Shown here: positions 38,553-49,355 of the stretch, in pieces
Numbering within the stretch: the first letter of the stretch is position 1
How the letters are laid out: each line of letters starts with the position of its first letter
DNA from: Desulfatiglandales bacterium
GTDB taxonomy: Bacteria > Desulfobacterota > DSM-4660 > Desulfatiglandales > Desulfatiglandaceae
Length of the DNA stretch: 64,000 nt
Assembly (NCBI GenBank): GCA_963662465.1
Contig: OY759599.1
Coordinates: 4,224,001-4,288,000, forward strand
Direction: 5' to 3'
The notes under the pieces: generated by a model
What the model was told of the DNA's origin: nothing
The model's database searches: none
The model's input: only the letters and a program-made list of their open reading frames with translations
Position numbers and translations under genes: made by a program

Positions 38553-38819
38553 TTAAACAGCCTCCTTCAAAGCCTTTCCCGCCACAAATTTCGGAACCGT
38601 TTTTGCCGCAATATCAATAGCCTCTCCAGTTTGGGGGTTAATACCCTTCCTCGCCTTCCGTTCTTCCACCTTAAAAGTCCCAAATCCGATGATCGTGACC
38701 TTATCTTTACGCTTCAAAGCGTCGGTGATGCTTGAAAAAACGCAATCCACAGCAGCCTGCGCTTCTTTTCTGGTACTCACAACTTTCGCCACCTCATTCA
38801 GCAAATCACCTTTATTCAT
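38553..38819 (-). CDS. hup: HU DNA-binding protein
   Basis: GFGTFKVEERKARKGINPQTGE. Confidence 0.93.
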   Translation of the reverse strand: MNKGDLLNEVAKVVSTRKEAQAAVDCVFSSITDALKRKDKVTIIGFGTFKVEERKARKGINPQTGEAIDIAAKTVPKFVAGKALKEAV

Positions 38820-39024
38820 TATCTTCCCTCCTCGCTAAAAAATGTTGACGTAAAAAACCGGTCAAGAAAGCCGGAATTTGAACAACCCCCTCCCCGCAAA
38901 GAACGCTAAGCGCAAAAATACAAATTACCCAACATTTTTGCCGTCAAGGCCCTTGCAAACCACCCCGCCGGAATGCGTATGGAACATATCCCATACCCTT
39001 CCTTTTGTCAAGAATGTATATAAG

Positions 39025-40080
39025 TTAAAGAAAATCATCGCATTGGGTGCGCAGCCCGGCCAACAGGTTCATGGCGAATCGTGCATCAACCGAGGCCATC
39101 GACCCCATGCCGCAAGACGGCGTAAGAATAGACCTTTCCGCAACAGCCTTCGCACTTAACCCTGTTTTCAGTATCTTCCGGCACCCCTCTTTGAGCTTTT
39201 CCAAGAGATCCGTCGCGGATTCATCCCCCGTAAACCCACTGGTGGGCACAATACCCCATGCAATAGAACCCCCTTCCCTAATAAATTCAGCAATTTCATC
39301 AGGATACAAAAGGAAATGGTCCATAAATTCAAATGCATCAAAATTGATAATATCGGGTCCGGCCTCCATAATCATGGACCAATCCGTGTTTCCACAACAA
39401 TGAATCCCCACCAGACAATCGGCATTCTCTTTAAGATAAGAGAACATCATTTTGAGCATATCCACCACATCGTGGCGCTGGATTACGGAAAAAGCCGATC
39501 CAAAACCGGACAGCGACGGCTCGTCCAAAAAAATAACCGGCCGTCTCCCTGATTTTTCAAGCATCCTCACCTGCCAGAGGGCTTTAATGGCCAACCCCCT
39601 GACCATGGCCTCGGACAACTCAGGATCATGAATAATAGGCTTTCCATCAAACCCCAGGATTCCCGACATGAAGGTAACGGGCCCCACGGTCTGCCCCTTA
39701 ACATAAAGCCCTTGATCCGAATCACTTTCACCTAAAAACGACATGAGGGCATAAAGTCCCGGAGCATAGGTCTCGCTGATGGCAAAAGACGCAATGTCCC
39801 CGGAAAAAAACCGCTCATAAAACGCCACCAGCTCGGGTTCCCTTTCGCGAGCATTGGAAATTGAAAGTGTTCGCTTTTCTTCGTTCACTTCCAAAAGCGG
39901 AAGACCTTCGCTATATTGAACGCTCATATCCTCAAAATAGCACCGTTTTGCAAACTGCGGCCAGAAGGGCATTTGCGGAAAAAGCCCTATGATTTCCTCA
40001 CAGGTCTCTTCCACCTCCAAAAACGGAACACTTCCGATACCGGTTGCCATAAATCCAAAATTCGGCGATTTTTCAGCCAT
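39025..40080 (-). CDS. Core (single-barrel, MesB-like) methionine synthase
   Basis: ATGIGSVP, PFWPQ, KGQTVGP, FLDEP, GIHCCG, IAWGIVPT, TPSCG; Zn ligands of the MetE C-terminal barrel, 351 aa. Confidence 0.7.
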   Translation of the reverse strand: MAEKSPNFGFMATGIGSVPFLEVEETCEEIIGLFPQMPFWPQFAKRCYFEDMSVQYSEGLPLLEVNEEKRTLSISNAREREPELVAFYERFFSGDIASFAISETYAPGLYALMSFLGESDSDQGLYVKGQTVGPVTFMSGILGFDGKPIIHDPELSEAMVRGLAIKALWQVRMLEKSGRRPVIFLDEPSLSGFGSAFSVIQRHDVVDMLKMMFSYLKENADCLVGIHCCGNTDWSMIMEAGPDIINFDAFEFMDHFLLYPDEIAEFIREGGSIAWGIVPTSGFTGDESATDLLEKLKEGCRKILKTGLSAKAVAERSILTPSCGMGSMASVDARFAMNLLAGLRTQCDDFL

Positions 40081-40813
40081 TTTTTATCTCCCCCATCATG
40101 GGAAGCCATTTTTCCAGGATCGTTAGCATTTTTTCTTCCAGCGCACGAAGGTTAGTGGATTCTGCCGTCACTCTTGAAAGGCGGGCTTCCTGTTCGGTTT
40201 TCAATTGGGACAGTCTCTCAAAGGAAGCGATGTCATCCGGATGCTCTTCGAGGACTTTCTCATAGGTGGCGAGAGCAGCATCCAGCTGCCCCTGGCTGAA
40301 ATAAAGCTCGGCGATGGTAGGCGTGGCAAAGTCTATCAGAGCGCCCGCTTCGTCATCCAGCAAAACAGGCCATGCAGGGTCCTGCGCCTCCCCTTTCCCC
40401 TTTGCCGCATCCCTCGCTTGCTCAACTTTTTTCAGAAGTTCACGGAATTCAAGATCATCCGGGTAGTATGCCAGAAACACCCCGGCCGCATCAGCCGCCT
40501 CTTCAAATCGCTTCTGCGCCGCATACATCCCGGCAAGCCGGGCATAGGCGGGCGTCAGGTCTTTAATCATGGATGTCACCTTCAGGAATTCGGCTTCAGC
40601 CTGTCCCTGCAAACCCATCTCAAAATAACACTCCGCCAGCAACATCCTCAAATAGATATCATCCGGAAAATCCCTCAAGAACTTCATGCACCCTTTAACC
40701 GCCTCATTGGCGCGGCCTTCATCCTTGATCCGCGTCAAAATAATGCGTACGGTGGTCTGAGAAGGCCCGGATCTCAAAATCTCATCATATAACTTAGAAT
40801 TATCGCTCATCAT
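40073..40813 (-). CDS. Tetratricopeptide repeat protein
   Basis: TPR-like helices; TPTIAELYFSQG motif. Confidence 0.75.
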   Translation of the reverse strand: MMSDNSKLYDEILRSGPSQTTVRIILTRIKDEGRANEAVKGCMKFLRDFPDDIYLRMLLAECYFEMGLQGQAEAEFLKVTSMIKDLTPAYARLAGMYAAQKRFEEAADAAGVFLAYYPDDLEFRELLKKVEQARDAAKGKGEAQDPAWPVLLDDEAGALIDFATPTIAELYFSQGQLDAALATYEKVLEEHPDDIASFERLSQLKTEQEARLSRVTAESTNLRALEEKMLTILEKWLPMMGEIKNG

Positions 40814-40831
40814 TATGGTCCCGCGTGCCCC

Positions 40832-41188
40832 CTATTCCAATTCGGCCTTATGAACAGACGCATCCTTCACAAAACGATAAATGACCTCATTTTTTCGAAT
40901 TAGATTGAGTTCAGTTCTGGCAACTGTTTCAACATACGTCATATCCGTACGAAGACGATGCGCCTCGTCCAAAAGCGACTGATTTTCAGCCACAAGCTTC
41001 CCGATGCGGTCCAGACAAGCCCGCCGCTCCACTTCAGTCCGGCAAAGACGAACCATCCCCCCCTCGCCGCACCAGATCCAAGCCGCAACCGGAACAACAA
41101 GACACAGCAGGATTAAAGGAATTTTCAGAAATTTCTTTAATTTTGGACCCAAGCTGAAACATCTCCCGGTCAAAAAAAGTCCAACCAT
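40832..41188 (-). CDS. FtsB/DivIC septum formation initiator family protein
   Basis: TM helix, coiled coil, YVETVARTELNLIRKNEVIYRF. Confidence 0.75.
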   Translation of the reverse strand: MVGLFLTGRCFSLGPKLKKFLKIPLILLCLVVPVAAWIWCGEGGMVRLCRTEVERRACLDRIGKLVAENQSLLDEAHRLRTDMTYVETVARTELNLIRKNEVIYRFVKDASVHKAELE

Positions 41189-41218
41189 TAAAATAGATTC
41201 ATGAGCAGGAACACCATA

Positions 41219-42973
41219 CTACTTTTTTCCCACCTGCTCTTTAATAAAATCCTCAACCGGAACATAATCCGTCCCAGTCACCACAAGCTCAACACGGCTC
41301 CAAACATGCAAATCCACTTTTTTTCCGGCATTTCCAGCCACCCGCTTTTCTATGAGACGCACTTCATCCGGTCGAAGGACCCTCGGCCCCACCACCTCCG
41401 CGCGAACAAACCAAACGTCATCGCCGGGCATCGCGTCGATATTGGGGGCAAACATATTGTTGATGCTCGTAATGGCCTTTTTCACCTCGCGCTCCAGTGT
41501 TTCAGCCATAGCCTTATCCGCTTTTGAGAGTCCACCAAAATGCGCTTTGCCATACAATACGCGACCCTTACTGCTCACATCCGTCAAGTCATCCGAACGG
41601 ATGAGCAGGCGAACTTTCTCATCTCCAAGCCTTTCCTGAATGGCCTTTTCAAATCTGGATACCTCCATCGGCGTAAGCGTTCGACCGCTCTGGATACTGG
41701 CCACGACAACCGCTCCATTGGGAAGTTGAACCAGATTTAGATTTTCAAGATCGAGATAAAGCCCCTTATAGTTCTCCAACATTTCCCGAAGCACCTGTTC
41801 GGCGATTTGGATACGCTTGACATTGGGATGAAGCCGACTCGATATGAATTCACCATCCAGATTTCGAGCCACAACACCGCTGGTTGACCCGGTCGATGAA
41901 ATATCCTTGGTCATAACGCAACGCATAATAAGATTGGCGCGGACATCCAGGGTTTTGTCCAATATACCCTGCATTTCTTTTATTTTCTGGGGCGACAATA
42001 CGCGAGGCGTCGTAACCGACGCCAGGATATCAACGCCTGCGCCCTTACGGTTGTAGATGACATCTTCGACGAAAGCGCCCCGTTCCGTAATCAACTCTTT
42101 TTCCAGGATGCCTTTAATGGCCTTAGTCGTCTCATTTTTCGAGATAATACCCACCAAAGCATTGGTCAGAAGGATCGTTACCAAAATCAACCCGACAGCC
42201 GGCGCCAAAAACCGCTTCAGCACATCCATTCCTGAACCCATCTCCTCACGGCTAACAAACCCCGCCATGATAAAAAGCAAGGCGGAAACAGCTAAAATGG
42301 CCAGAAAATTAGCGAAAAAAAGAAGAAAGGCCCCCCATGCCCCCTCAAAAGCCCCAAACGCAATACACAGGCCGCTGACAGCCAAAGGCGGCGTCAGTGC
42401 TGTGGCCATGGCAATACCCGGCAATACCGGACTAATTCGGGCATCAATCATCGCCAGGCAACCCGCCATGCCCGCAAGGGCCGCCACCAGCAAATCAAGC
42501 AGGGTCGGGCTGGTACGGGACAACATTTCCGGTGTTACTTCCTGAGCAAAAGGAAACATGCCCAAGATTGCAGCGCCCCCGATAGCAATCAGCACACCAC
42601 CGAACTCGGCAATGAAAGCCTTTCTCAGAAGAACCATGTCCCCTCGGACAAGACCCAGAGAAATGCCGAAAATCGGCGTCATGAGCGGAGAAACCAGCAT
42701 TGCGCCAATAACCACTGCGGGACTGTTGGTAACAACCCCGAAACCGGCAATCAACACGGAAATGGAAAGAAGCAAATAGTATGTGATCTTTGGCGTAGAA
42801 CCGATCGCAATATCATCGCAAACCTCCGTCTTTCGACATTCATCCACGGAGAGCAGATCTATGTACGATCGCTTGGCACTCTCACTGCACCAAACAAAAA
42901 CCCCAGGTGGAAAACCAGCCCGTTTCTTCCTCTTTTCGCTTTCACCACCTGATGATTGCCGACATTTTTCCAT
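41219..42973 (-). CDS. DUF389 (TIGR00341-like) membrane protein with long C-terminal domain
   Basis: NSPAVVIGAMLVSPLMTPI, LPGIAMATALTPPL. Confidence 0.85.
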   Translation of the reverse strand: MEKCRQSSGGESEKRKKRAGFPPGVFVWCSESAKRSYIDLLSVDECRKTEVCDDIAIGSTPKITYYLLLSISVLIAGFGVVTNSPAVVIGAMLVSPLMTPIFGISLGLVRGDMVLLRKAFIAEFGGVLIAIGGAAILGMFPFAQEVTPEMLSRTSPTLLDLLVAALAGMAGCLAMIDARISPVLPGIAMATALTPPLAVSGLCIAFGAFEGAWGAFLLFFANFLAILAVSALLFIMAGFVSREEMGSGMDVLKRFLAPAVGLILVTILLTNALVGIISKNETTKAIKGILEKELITERGAFVEDVIYNRKGAGVDILASVTTPRVLSPQKIKEMQGILDKTLDVRANLIMRCVMTKDISSTGSTSGVVARNLDGEFISSRLHPNVKRIQIAEQVLREMLENYKGLYLDLENLNLVQLPNGAVVVASIQSGRTLTPMEVSRFEKAIQERLGDEKVRLLIRSDDLTDVSSKGRVLYGKAHFGGLSKADKAMAETLEREVKKAITSINNMFAPNIDAMPGDDVWFVRAEVVGPRVLRPDEVRLIEKRVAGNAGKKVDLHVWSRVELVVTGTDYVPVEDFIKEQVGKK

Positions 42974-43006
42974 GGCTAACCAAAAAACCTTAAAGGAATG
43001 TTAAGC

Positions 43007-43456
43007 TCAAAAAGCATCAAACATGGAAGCATCGCGTCGTTCTATTTCCGAATTGGGCTCGGGATTAACATCAGGATTGACGTCAAGCGTTGGCTCAGGA
43101 TCAACTTCAGATTGTTTCTCACCCGGGTTGCTCTTCACTGCCTTTGAAGGAGACCGTTTTTGCCAAACAAGATTTGCATTTTTTACCCAGCCCACCTGAC
43201 CTGTTCGGGCAACTTTCACATAGGCAAACCCCCGTTCTACCTTGTAGCGAAACACTTTCTCATGAAGCGGCAATTGGGAAATGGGCGTACCGGAAGCCCT
43301 ACATTCGGAAAACATTTTCAGGCCTGAGATACCCGCATAATACACCCTGGGAGCACTGGACTCCCCTCCCGGCCCTAAGCCGGTGGAATCAACCAGCGCA
43401 CAGGCGCACAGAGGAAGAAAAATCGAAACCAAAACAATCATTTTTGAAAATTTCAT
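43007..43456 (-). CDS. SH3-like domain lipoprotein
   Basis: LCAC lipobox; FAYVKVARTGQVGWVKNANL SH3b-like strand pattern. Confidence 0.6.
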   Translation of the reverse strand: MKFSKMIVLVSIFLPLCACALVDSTGLGPGGESSAPRVYYAGISGLKMFSECRASGTPISQLPLHEKVFRYKVERGFAYVKVARTGQVGWVKNANLVWQKRSPSKAVKSNPGEKQSEVDPEPTLDVNPDVNPEPNSEIERRDASMFDAF

Positions 43457-43556
43457 CACAGCATCCGCCTCAAATGAGTAACGGAATTCAGTATAAGAAA
43501 AAAACCATCCCCATTTCAAGTCCAAATATGAACCTGAGGAAATCCTCTACGCACGG

Positions 43557-45083
43557 TTATTGCGTTCCCCCATAAATGTCTTTTACCTTTGCCCTGTCGA
43601 TGGCGCCATCTTCCAGGCAGGGCAACTCCGATACAAACTCAACATATTGAGGCTTTTTGTACCTTGCAATGCGCTCTCCCACAAAGTCGATCAACGCCCG
43701 GGCTTCAATGGTTTCCCCTTCTTTCAACACACAGACCGCTTTGATGCCTTCTTTCCACTTGGAATCCGGAACACCGATAACAACCGTTTCAGCGATTGCC
43801 GGATGCTCGGAAATGGCCTTTTCAACCTCCACCGGGTAGACATTTTCCCCTCCCGGCTTGATCAACTCCTTTTCCGCCTTACGTCCCGCATACCAGAGAA
43901 ATCCATCGTCGTCGAACCGTCCCTGATCGCCGGTATGGTGCCACCCACCCCTGAAGGTGTATTCATTGTCCTCCGGCAGATTCCAGTACCCTTTAAACAC
44001 CATAGGCCCTTTTACCATAATTTCACCGACCTGCCCAATGGGAACCGGAAGGTCATCGTCGTCCACAAGCCTTACCTCGGCCATTGGGAGTGTTTTGCCC
44101 GCTGAACCCGGTCGATCATTGTATGGCCCATAGGTGGCCAGACAGGAGGTTTCCGTCTGACCGTACATGGCATAGAAAATACCACCCGTCATTTTCTGGT
44201 ATTTTTCTATGGTATCGGGCACTTCCAACCCCGTCACGGCCCGGAGAGAACTGATGTCGACGCCTGTTTTTTCATGCTGTTCCAAAATACCGCCCAAAAT
44301 GGGAGGAAATTCGAGCATTACGGAAATTTTCTTTTCCTGGATTAATTCAACCGCTCTTGCCGCGTCAAATTTGCCGACATTCAAATTCAGCGCCCCTGCA
44401 TGAAAGGCGGCGGTTGCCATAAAAAGACCCCCCACATGAAACAGGGGCAAAACATTGTAGTGAACATCTTTGGTGGTAAGATTCAGCAGACAATTAAACT
44501 GCATATTGGCACATAACACATTCCCGTGGCTCAGTAGAGCCCCCCTGGGCCTGCCAGCCACGGCGGCCGTATGGATAATCACAAACCCGTCATCGCTCGC
44601 CACGTCCACCAGGTCAAACGCCGCACCCTGTTCCATAAGCGTTCGAAATGGCGTATAGCCGCCATTGCCCGATCCAAGGTTAAAACAGGCATTCACCGAA
44701 AGCAGTTGCTTCCGGAGCCCCTTGACCACTTCCTCGAATTCAGCATCCACGAATAGGATTTTCGGACCACAGTCATTCAGATTATAGGCCACTTCGTCAA
44801 CGGAGAGACGCCAGTTGATGGGCAACACAATGGCGCCCAAGGCAGCGGCGGCCCCATACAGGAGAAAATAAGAAAGGCTGTTTTTTCCCAGGATTCCAAT
44901 ACGGTCGCCCTTTTCAATTCCGGATTTTTGCAGTCCGCAAGCCAGTCGATCCATTTCCATCTTGATCTCGGAAAACGAAAATACCCGGTTATCTCCCCCA
45001 TCGTCCATCCAGGCCTGCCCCTCTTTGTAGATGGCAGCATTGCGATTGACCAGGTCATAGAACGTAAAATCGTAAAGTCCCAT
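43557..45083 (-). CDS. Acyl-CoA synthetase (AMP-binding)
   Basis: HTAAVAGRPRG variant P-loop, YGQTE, HTGD, KPGGENVYPVEVE. Confidence 0.88.
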   Translation of the reverse strand: MGLYDFTFYDLVNRNAAIYKEGQAWMDDGGDNRVFSFSEIKMEMDRLACGLQKSGIEKGDRIGILGKNSLSYFLLYGAAAALGAIVLPINWRLSVDEVAYNLNDCGPKILFVDAEFEEVVKGLRKQLLSVNACFNLGSGNGGYTPFRTLMEQGAAFDLVDVASDDGFVIIHTAAVAGRPRGALLSHGNVLCANMQFNCLLNLTTKDVHYNVLPLFHVGGLFMATAAFHAGALNLNVGKFDAARAVELIQEKKISVMLEFPPILGGILEQHEKTGVDISSLRAVTGLEVPDTIEKYQKMTGGIFYAMYGQTETSCLATYGPYNDRPGSAGKTLPMAEVRLVDDDDLPVPIGQVGEIMVKGPMVFKGYWNLPEDNEYTFRGGWHHTGDQGRFDDDGFLWYAGRKAEKELIKPGGENVYPVEVEKAISEHPAIAETVVIGVPDSKWKEGIKAVCVLKEGETIEARALIDFVGERIARYKKPQYVEFVSELPCLEDGAIDRAKVKDIYGGTQ

Positions 45084-45199
45084 AATCTTCCTCATAAAAA
45101 AAAGGCCTTCACCCTGCCTTTTACTTTTTTGCAAGAGGGCGGATGAAGGCCATTGGTGCTCATTTATTTTCATTACGGGGTATTAAACCCCACACTTGG

Positions 45200-45805
45200 T
45201 TACTGCACATCAACCTTATAGGGGTACACCATGGTGACATTCCCCGCAGTAAACGTAAAACCACACTCCGTAAGCGTCACAGGCGTCGTCCCTTCGGGAA
45301 CCCCTTTCCACCATTTTTCCAGGGTGGCCCAATTCTCCCAGCCCCGCTTTTTCACCTCAACGGCGTTAGCCAGCAAAAGGCCGAGCAACGCGGACCGAAC
45401 GGTAACGAGCGTCGTCACCTTGACCTCGTCGGCCATGCCCACCGGGATCCAATTGGACATCTGGTCGGCGGTGGTCATCACGGTAAAGTCCTTGTCAAAA
45501 ACCACCGAATACTTGATCTCTTCAAGATTGATGGGATAGGGGTTGGGATTGGTCACTTTGAAGGTGAACGTCATGGGCAGAAAAGCGCCCCGATCCCCGG
45601 CCTCTCCTTTTGTGGGTTTCACAGACTTGGCGATATACCAATAGCCATCATACTGTGGAATTTCGAATCCTGCCAATTCAATCTTTGGCGCCACAAAATT
45701 ACTATTATTCGGTTTAATCTGTGTCTCAGTCGTCACACAGGATGAAAAAACCAGACCGCATCCAAACAGCAGCGCTGTCAAAAGTATCAAAGTCTTCTTC
45801 ATCAT
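45200..45805 (-). CDS. Lipoprotein (LEA_2-like)
   Basis: Signal peptide with Cys; FKVTNPNPYPINL motif. Confidence 0.6.
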   Translation of the reverse strand: MMKKTLILLTALLFGCGLVFSSCVTTETQIKPNNSNFVAPKIELAGFEIPQYDGYWYIAKSVKPTKGEAGDRGAFLPMTFTFKVTNPNPYPINLEEIKYSVVFDKDFTVMTTADQMSNWIPVGMADEVKVTTLVTVRSALLGLLLANAVEVKKRGWENWATLEKWWKGVPEGTTPVTLTECGFTFTAGNVTMVYPYKVDVQ

Positions 45806-45846
45806 TGGACCTCCCTTTTTCCGTCATCATCGAAATCTGTTTTATA

Positions 45847-46653
45847 TCAGCTCAACCACCTTTTTCTTCGCTTATAATGTTTTACATCGCGAAAGCTCTT
45901 TTTAACGCCGCCCCCCATACCCAGATAGAAATCCTTGATGTCCTCATTCTGACTTAATTTCTCGGAAGGATCATCCATAACAATTCTACCGGTTTCCATC
46001 ACATAGGCATAGGGTGCAATGGTCAACGCCAGTTTCACATTCTGTTCCACCAGAAGGATGGAAATTTTCTCCTCCCGATTCAGTTTGGTGATAATATTGA
46101 AAATTTCATGAATCAGCATGGGCGCAAGCCCCATGGAGGGCTCATCCAGCAATATCAATTTGGGCTCGGTCATCATGGCCCGCCCCACAACCGCCATCTG
46201 CTGTTCGCCACCGCTGACAAAGCCGGCGGTTTCCCCTCTTTTTTCCAGCAGTCTCGGAAAATAATGATACACCATTTGAAGGCCGTCTTTTACCGACCCG
46301 GTCTTCCTCAGATGAGCGCCCACCTTGAGGTTTTCCTCAACGGTTAGATGTTCAAAAACTTTTCGCCCTTCAATCACCTGAACGATGCCGGCCTTAGCGA
46401 TCTTTGCGGCCTTAGCGTGATGAATGGGTTTCCCCTCATACTCAATGCTGCCATCGGTCACTTCCCCGTCTTCGGTTTTCAGCAAACCGGAAATGGCTTT
46501 CAGGGTCGTGCTTTTCCCTGCACCGTTGGCGCCCAGAAGCGCCACCATCCCACCACGGGGAACCTCAATGGAAACGCCTTTGAGCACCAGAATAACCTCA
46601 TGGTACTTGACCTCTATGTTCTTGATCTTAAGGATTGCCTCTGATGTCTCCAA
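45847..46653 (-). CDS. Liv-type ABC transporter ATP-binding protein (LivF-like)
   Basis: GANGAGKST, SGGEQQM, LLDEPSMGLAP. Confidence 0.9.
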   Translation of the reverse strand: METSEAILKIKNIEVKYHEVILVLKGVSIEVPRGGMVALLGANGAGKSTTLKAISGLLKTEDGEVTDGSIEYEGKPIHHAKAAKIAKAGIVQVIEGRKVFEHLTVEENLKVGAHLRKTGSVKDGLQMVYHYFPRLLEKRGETAGFVSGGEQQMAVVGRAMMTEPKLILLDEPSMGLAPMLIHEIFNIITKLNREEKISILLVEQNVKLALTIAPYAYVMETGRIVMDDPSEKLSQNEDIKDFYLGMGGGVKKSFRDVKHYKRRKRWLS

Positions 46654-46712
46654 GACATTACCTCCAAACGTGATGGTTTAAAACGGCAGTTTGACAAAAA
46701 GGCATCATCCGT

Positions 46713-47987
46713 TTAATAGCCAAAAAAGCCGCCATCTTTTTCGGATTTTTCCCAAAGATCAGGCCATCTTTTCTTCAGATCTACATCCTCCACCACTTGA
46801 AACGTTCCACCTTTCCATTCCTGAACACGGCACCCGGTAGCCGGGCGGTGATCCGTCGCTGTAAAACTAATGGGGGCTGCGCCCAGACCGATATCAAAAT
46901 TGCGCATGGTCTCAAAGCCCTTCTTCATAATCTCGGGACCGGCGCCTTTCTTGGTGATGTCAACGCCTGCCGCATCGGCTCGTTTCAAGGCCTCCCAAAA
47001 AACCAAAGCATCCCCCCAGGCCTGGACCGTTCGGTTGAGTCTTTTGCCGATGGGCACGCCGGGACTGTATTTTTCCGCTGATGAAACCACCAGGTCCATG
47101 TTTTTCACGTTCTGACCGAAAAATGCACATGGTGTAGCACCCATCACCCCTTCGGCCGCCTCACCAGCCAGCCTGGGCAAGTTTTCATCCAATCCCCAGT
47201 TATCAACGATCCAGTCTGCCCCCAATCCCAGCGCATAAGCATCCCGAACCGTTGCCGCGACGCTCATGGTGGTATTGCCATGCCACACCACGTCGGGCTT
47301 AAAGGATTTCATAGCCATGACCTGACTCTTGGTATCGAGCGCAAAAAGGGAAACATCCTGATCCGGTCCGATCTCAAAGCCCAGGAGCTTAGCCTGATTT
47401 TTGATGGCCTTAATGGGCGCCGAGCAATAGGGCGATGCAAACATGTAACAGCAAGAGAATCGGGGTTTCCGCTTCCCGAAATCAGGCTTCTGGGGCCATT
47501 TCTTATCAAACCATGCCGTAAGGCATGACCTGGCGTTGGTGGAATAATCCGATGCAAAAAAGAGATTGTAGGGCGTCTTCGCGGGATTCGTCAAATGGGC
47601 CGAATAGGATGCCGACACATAGGGAATCTTGTCCTTGTTGACGGTGGGTGAAAGGGCTTCCGTATCGCCGGTTCCCCACCCCATAATACCAACGGAACCC
47701 AAACGTTTCAACATCTTATACTTGGTAATGGCCTCGGGAATCCGGTAACCATAGTCAAACCAGGTGTATTTGATTTTCTTACCATTGACGCCCCCCTGAC
47801 TGTTGATATATTTAAAAGCGTCCGACATACCGTAGGCATAATCTTTCCCCACATCCGAAGTGGCGCCGGTACAGTCCATAATTCCCCCGACCCTGACGTC
47901 CTTAGCGGCGGCAGCCGTCCCAAAACCCACCATAAAAGCCACTGCCAGCAACAGAACTCCTAATCTTGTAAGCATACCCTTTCTCAT
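46713..47987 (-). CDS. Liv-type ABC substrate-binding protein
   Basis: Signal peptide; INSQGGVNGKKI; operon context. Confidence 0.88.
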   Translation of the reverse strand: MRKGMLTRLGVLLLAVAFMVGFGTAAAAKDVRVGGIMDCTGATSDVGKDYAYGMSDAFKYINSQGGVNGKKIKYTWFDYGYRIPEAITKYKMLKRLGSVGIMGWGTGDTEALSPTVNKDKIPYVSASYSAHLTNPAKTPYNLFFASDYSTNARSCLTAWFDKKWPQKPDFGKRKPRFSCCYMFASPYCSAPIKAIKNQAKLLGFEIGPDQDVSLFALDTKSQVMAMKSFKPDVVWHGNTTMSVAATVRDAYALGLGADWIVDNWGLDENLPRLAGEAAEGVMGATPCAFFGQNVKNMDLVVSSAEKYSPGVPIGKRLNRTVQAWGDALVFWEALKRADAAGVDITKKGAGPEIMKKGFETMRNFDIGLGAAPISFTATDHRPATGCRVQEWKGGTFQVVEDVDLKKRWPDLWEKSEKDGGFFGY

Positions 47988-48189
47988 AAATTTATCCCCC
48001 CTAATTATACGCTTGAGTACGAAACTTTCATGTCAATCTATACCACCGACAATAAAAACATTTGGCTTATAAAGACGACCCTCACCCCCTTTCTCCAAAA
48101 CAGCCTCATGAGAACCGTCGGTAGAATTCCGCCACAGGCAGAATATTGCATCCAAATCAAAACACCATGCACAACAATACCTTATTATA

Positions 48190-49290
48190 CTAGTAAGAAA
48201 ACGGCCACAGATTAAAATAGTTCTTCGCCTGCCACCAGCGGTAGGCAAGGCCGTTGGGTTCGTAAATTAAGAAAGCGCAGATGGCCAACCCAAAAGCCAT
48301 ATCTTTTACATAGGCAAAATCCATCAGGAGATTCGGAAAATAGTCCGCCAGGGGAATGACGGCAAGCTGCAGAACTTCCATCACCACCACCATGAAAATC
48401 GATCCGAAAACAGCTCCCTGAATCGACCCCACCCCTCCGATGAGAATCACCCCCACCAACCATAAGCTCAAAAACCATTGAAAATGCTCAGGGCTCAGAG
48501 CAGCGGTATTACACACCCAGAAAGCCCCGGCGATACCGGCCATGAATCCGGCCACAAAAAAGGCCAGAAGCTTATACCATACAATATTGATCCCCAGCGC
48601 TTCGGCGGCGATATCGTTATCCCGGATGGCCACCCAGGCCCGGCCCGGTTTGGAACGGAGCAGGTTGGCCAGAACGATAATCATCAAGGACAGCAGCACC
48701 ACCATCACAAAATAGACGCTCAACTCGGTGTCAATGACCCAGGGACCGATCTTGATGGTGCCCGGCGGCAGGGAAAAGGCCTGCCCTCGCCCGCCAATCT
48801 GGCTGATATACTGGGTTAAAATAAAATCCACCGTGATGAACTGCGCTGCCATGGTGGTCAAGATCAGGTAAAACCCTTTGACCTTGACGGACGGCAATCC
48901 AAACAAGACACTCCACAGTCCGGCAACAATACCCGCCGCAATAATGCTTACGGGATAGGCCAGGCCCGCATCCAACATAAACTGGGGCCAGGGGAACTGC
49001 AGCACCAACATGGTGCTGGTGTAGGCGCCCACCGCTATAAAGGCGGCATGTCCTAATGTCAGAAGCCCCGCATATCCGATGAGCAACTGGACCCCCAAAG
49101 CGCCCATGGCCGTGTACCCCACCATGGTAGCCACACTCATCCAATACCCATCAAACACGAGGGGAATCCCCACAAAAGCAACCAACAACAGCAGGATCAT
49201 CTTCCCTTTGATGAATTTGGACTGCCACCATCCCTGATCTTCATGGTAATTCTGATGGTAATCACCGCAAGGCAACCATACGCTGCTCAT
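48190..49290 (-). CDS. Liv-type ABC permease (LivM-like)
   Basis: GYAGLLTLGHAAF, GRAWVAIRDNDIAAEALGI. Confidence 0.9.
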   Translation of the reverse strand: MSSVWLPCGDYHQNYHEDQGWWQSKFIKGKMILLLLVAFVGIPLVFDGYWMSVATMVGYTAMGALGVQLLIGYAGLLTLGHAAFIAVGAYTSTMLVLQFPWPQFMLDAGLAYPVSIIAAGIVAGLWSVLFGLPSVKVKGFYLILTTMAAQFITVDFILTQYISQIGGRGQAFSLPPGTIKIGPWVIDTELSVYFVMVVLLSLMIIVLANLLRSKPGRAWVAIRDNDIAAEALGINIVWYKLLAFFVAGFMAGIAGAFWVCNTAALSPEHFQWFLSLWLVGVILIGGVGSIQGAVFGSIFMVVVMEVLQLAVIPLADYFPNLLMDFAYVKDMAFGLAICAFLIYEPNGLAYRWWQAKNYFNLWPFSY

Positions 49291-49355
49291 ACATACCCCC
49301 TAGGAAATTTTGGAGTTCTGAATTTCACGCGGTCCTTACAAAAAACCGCATTCCC

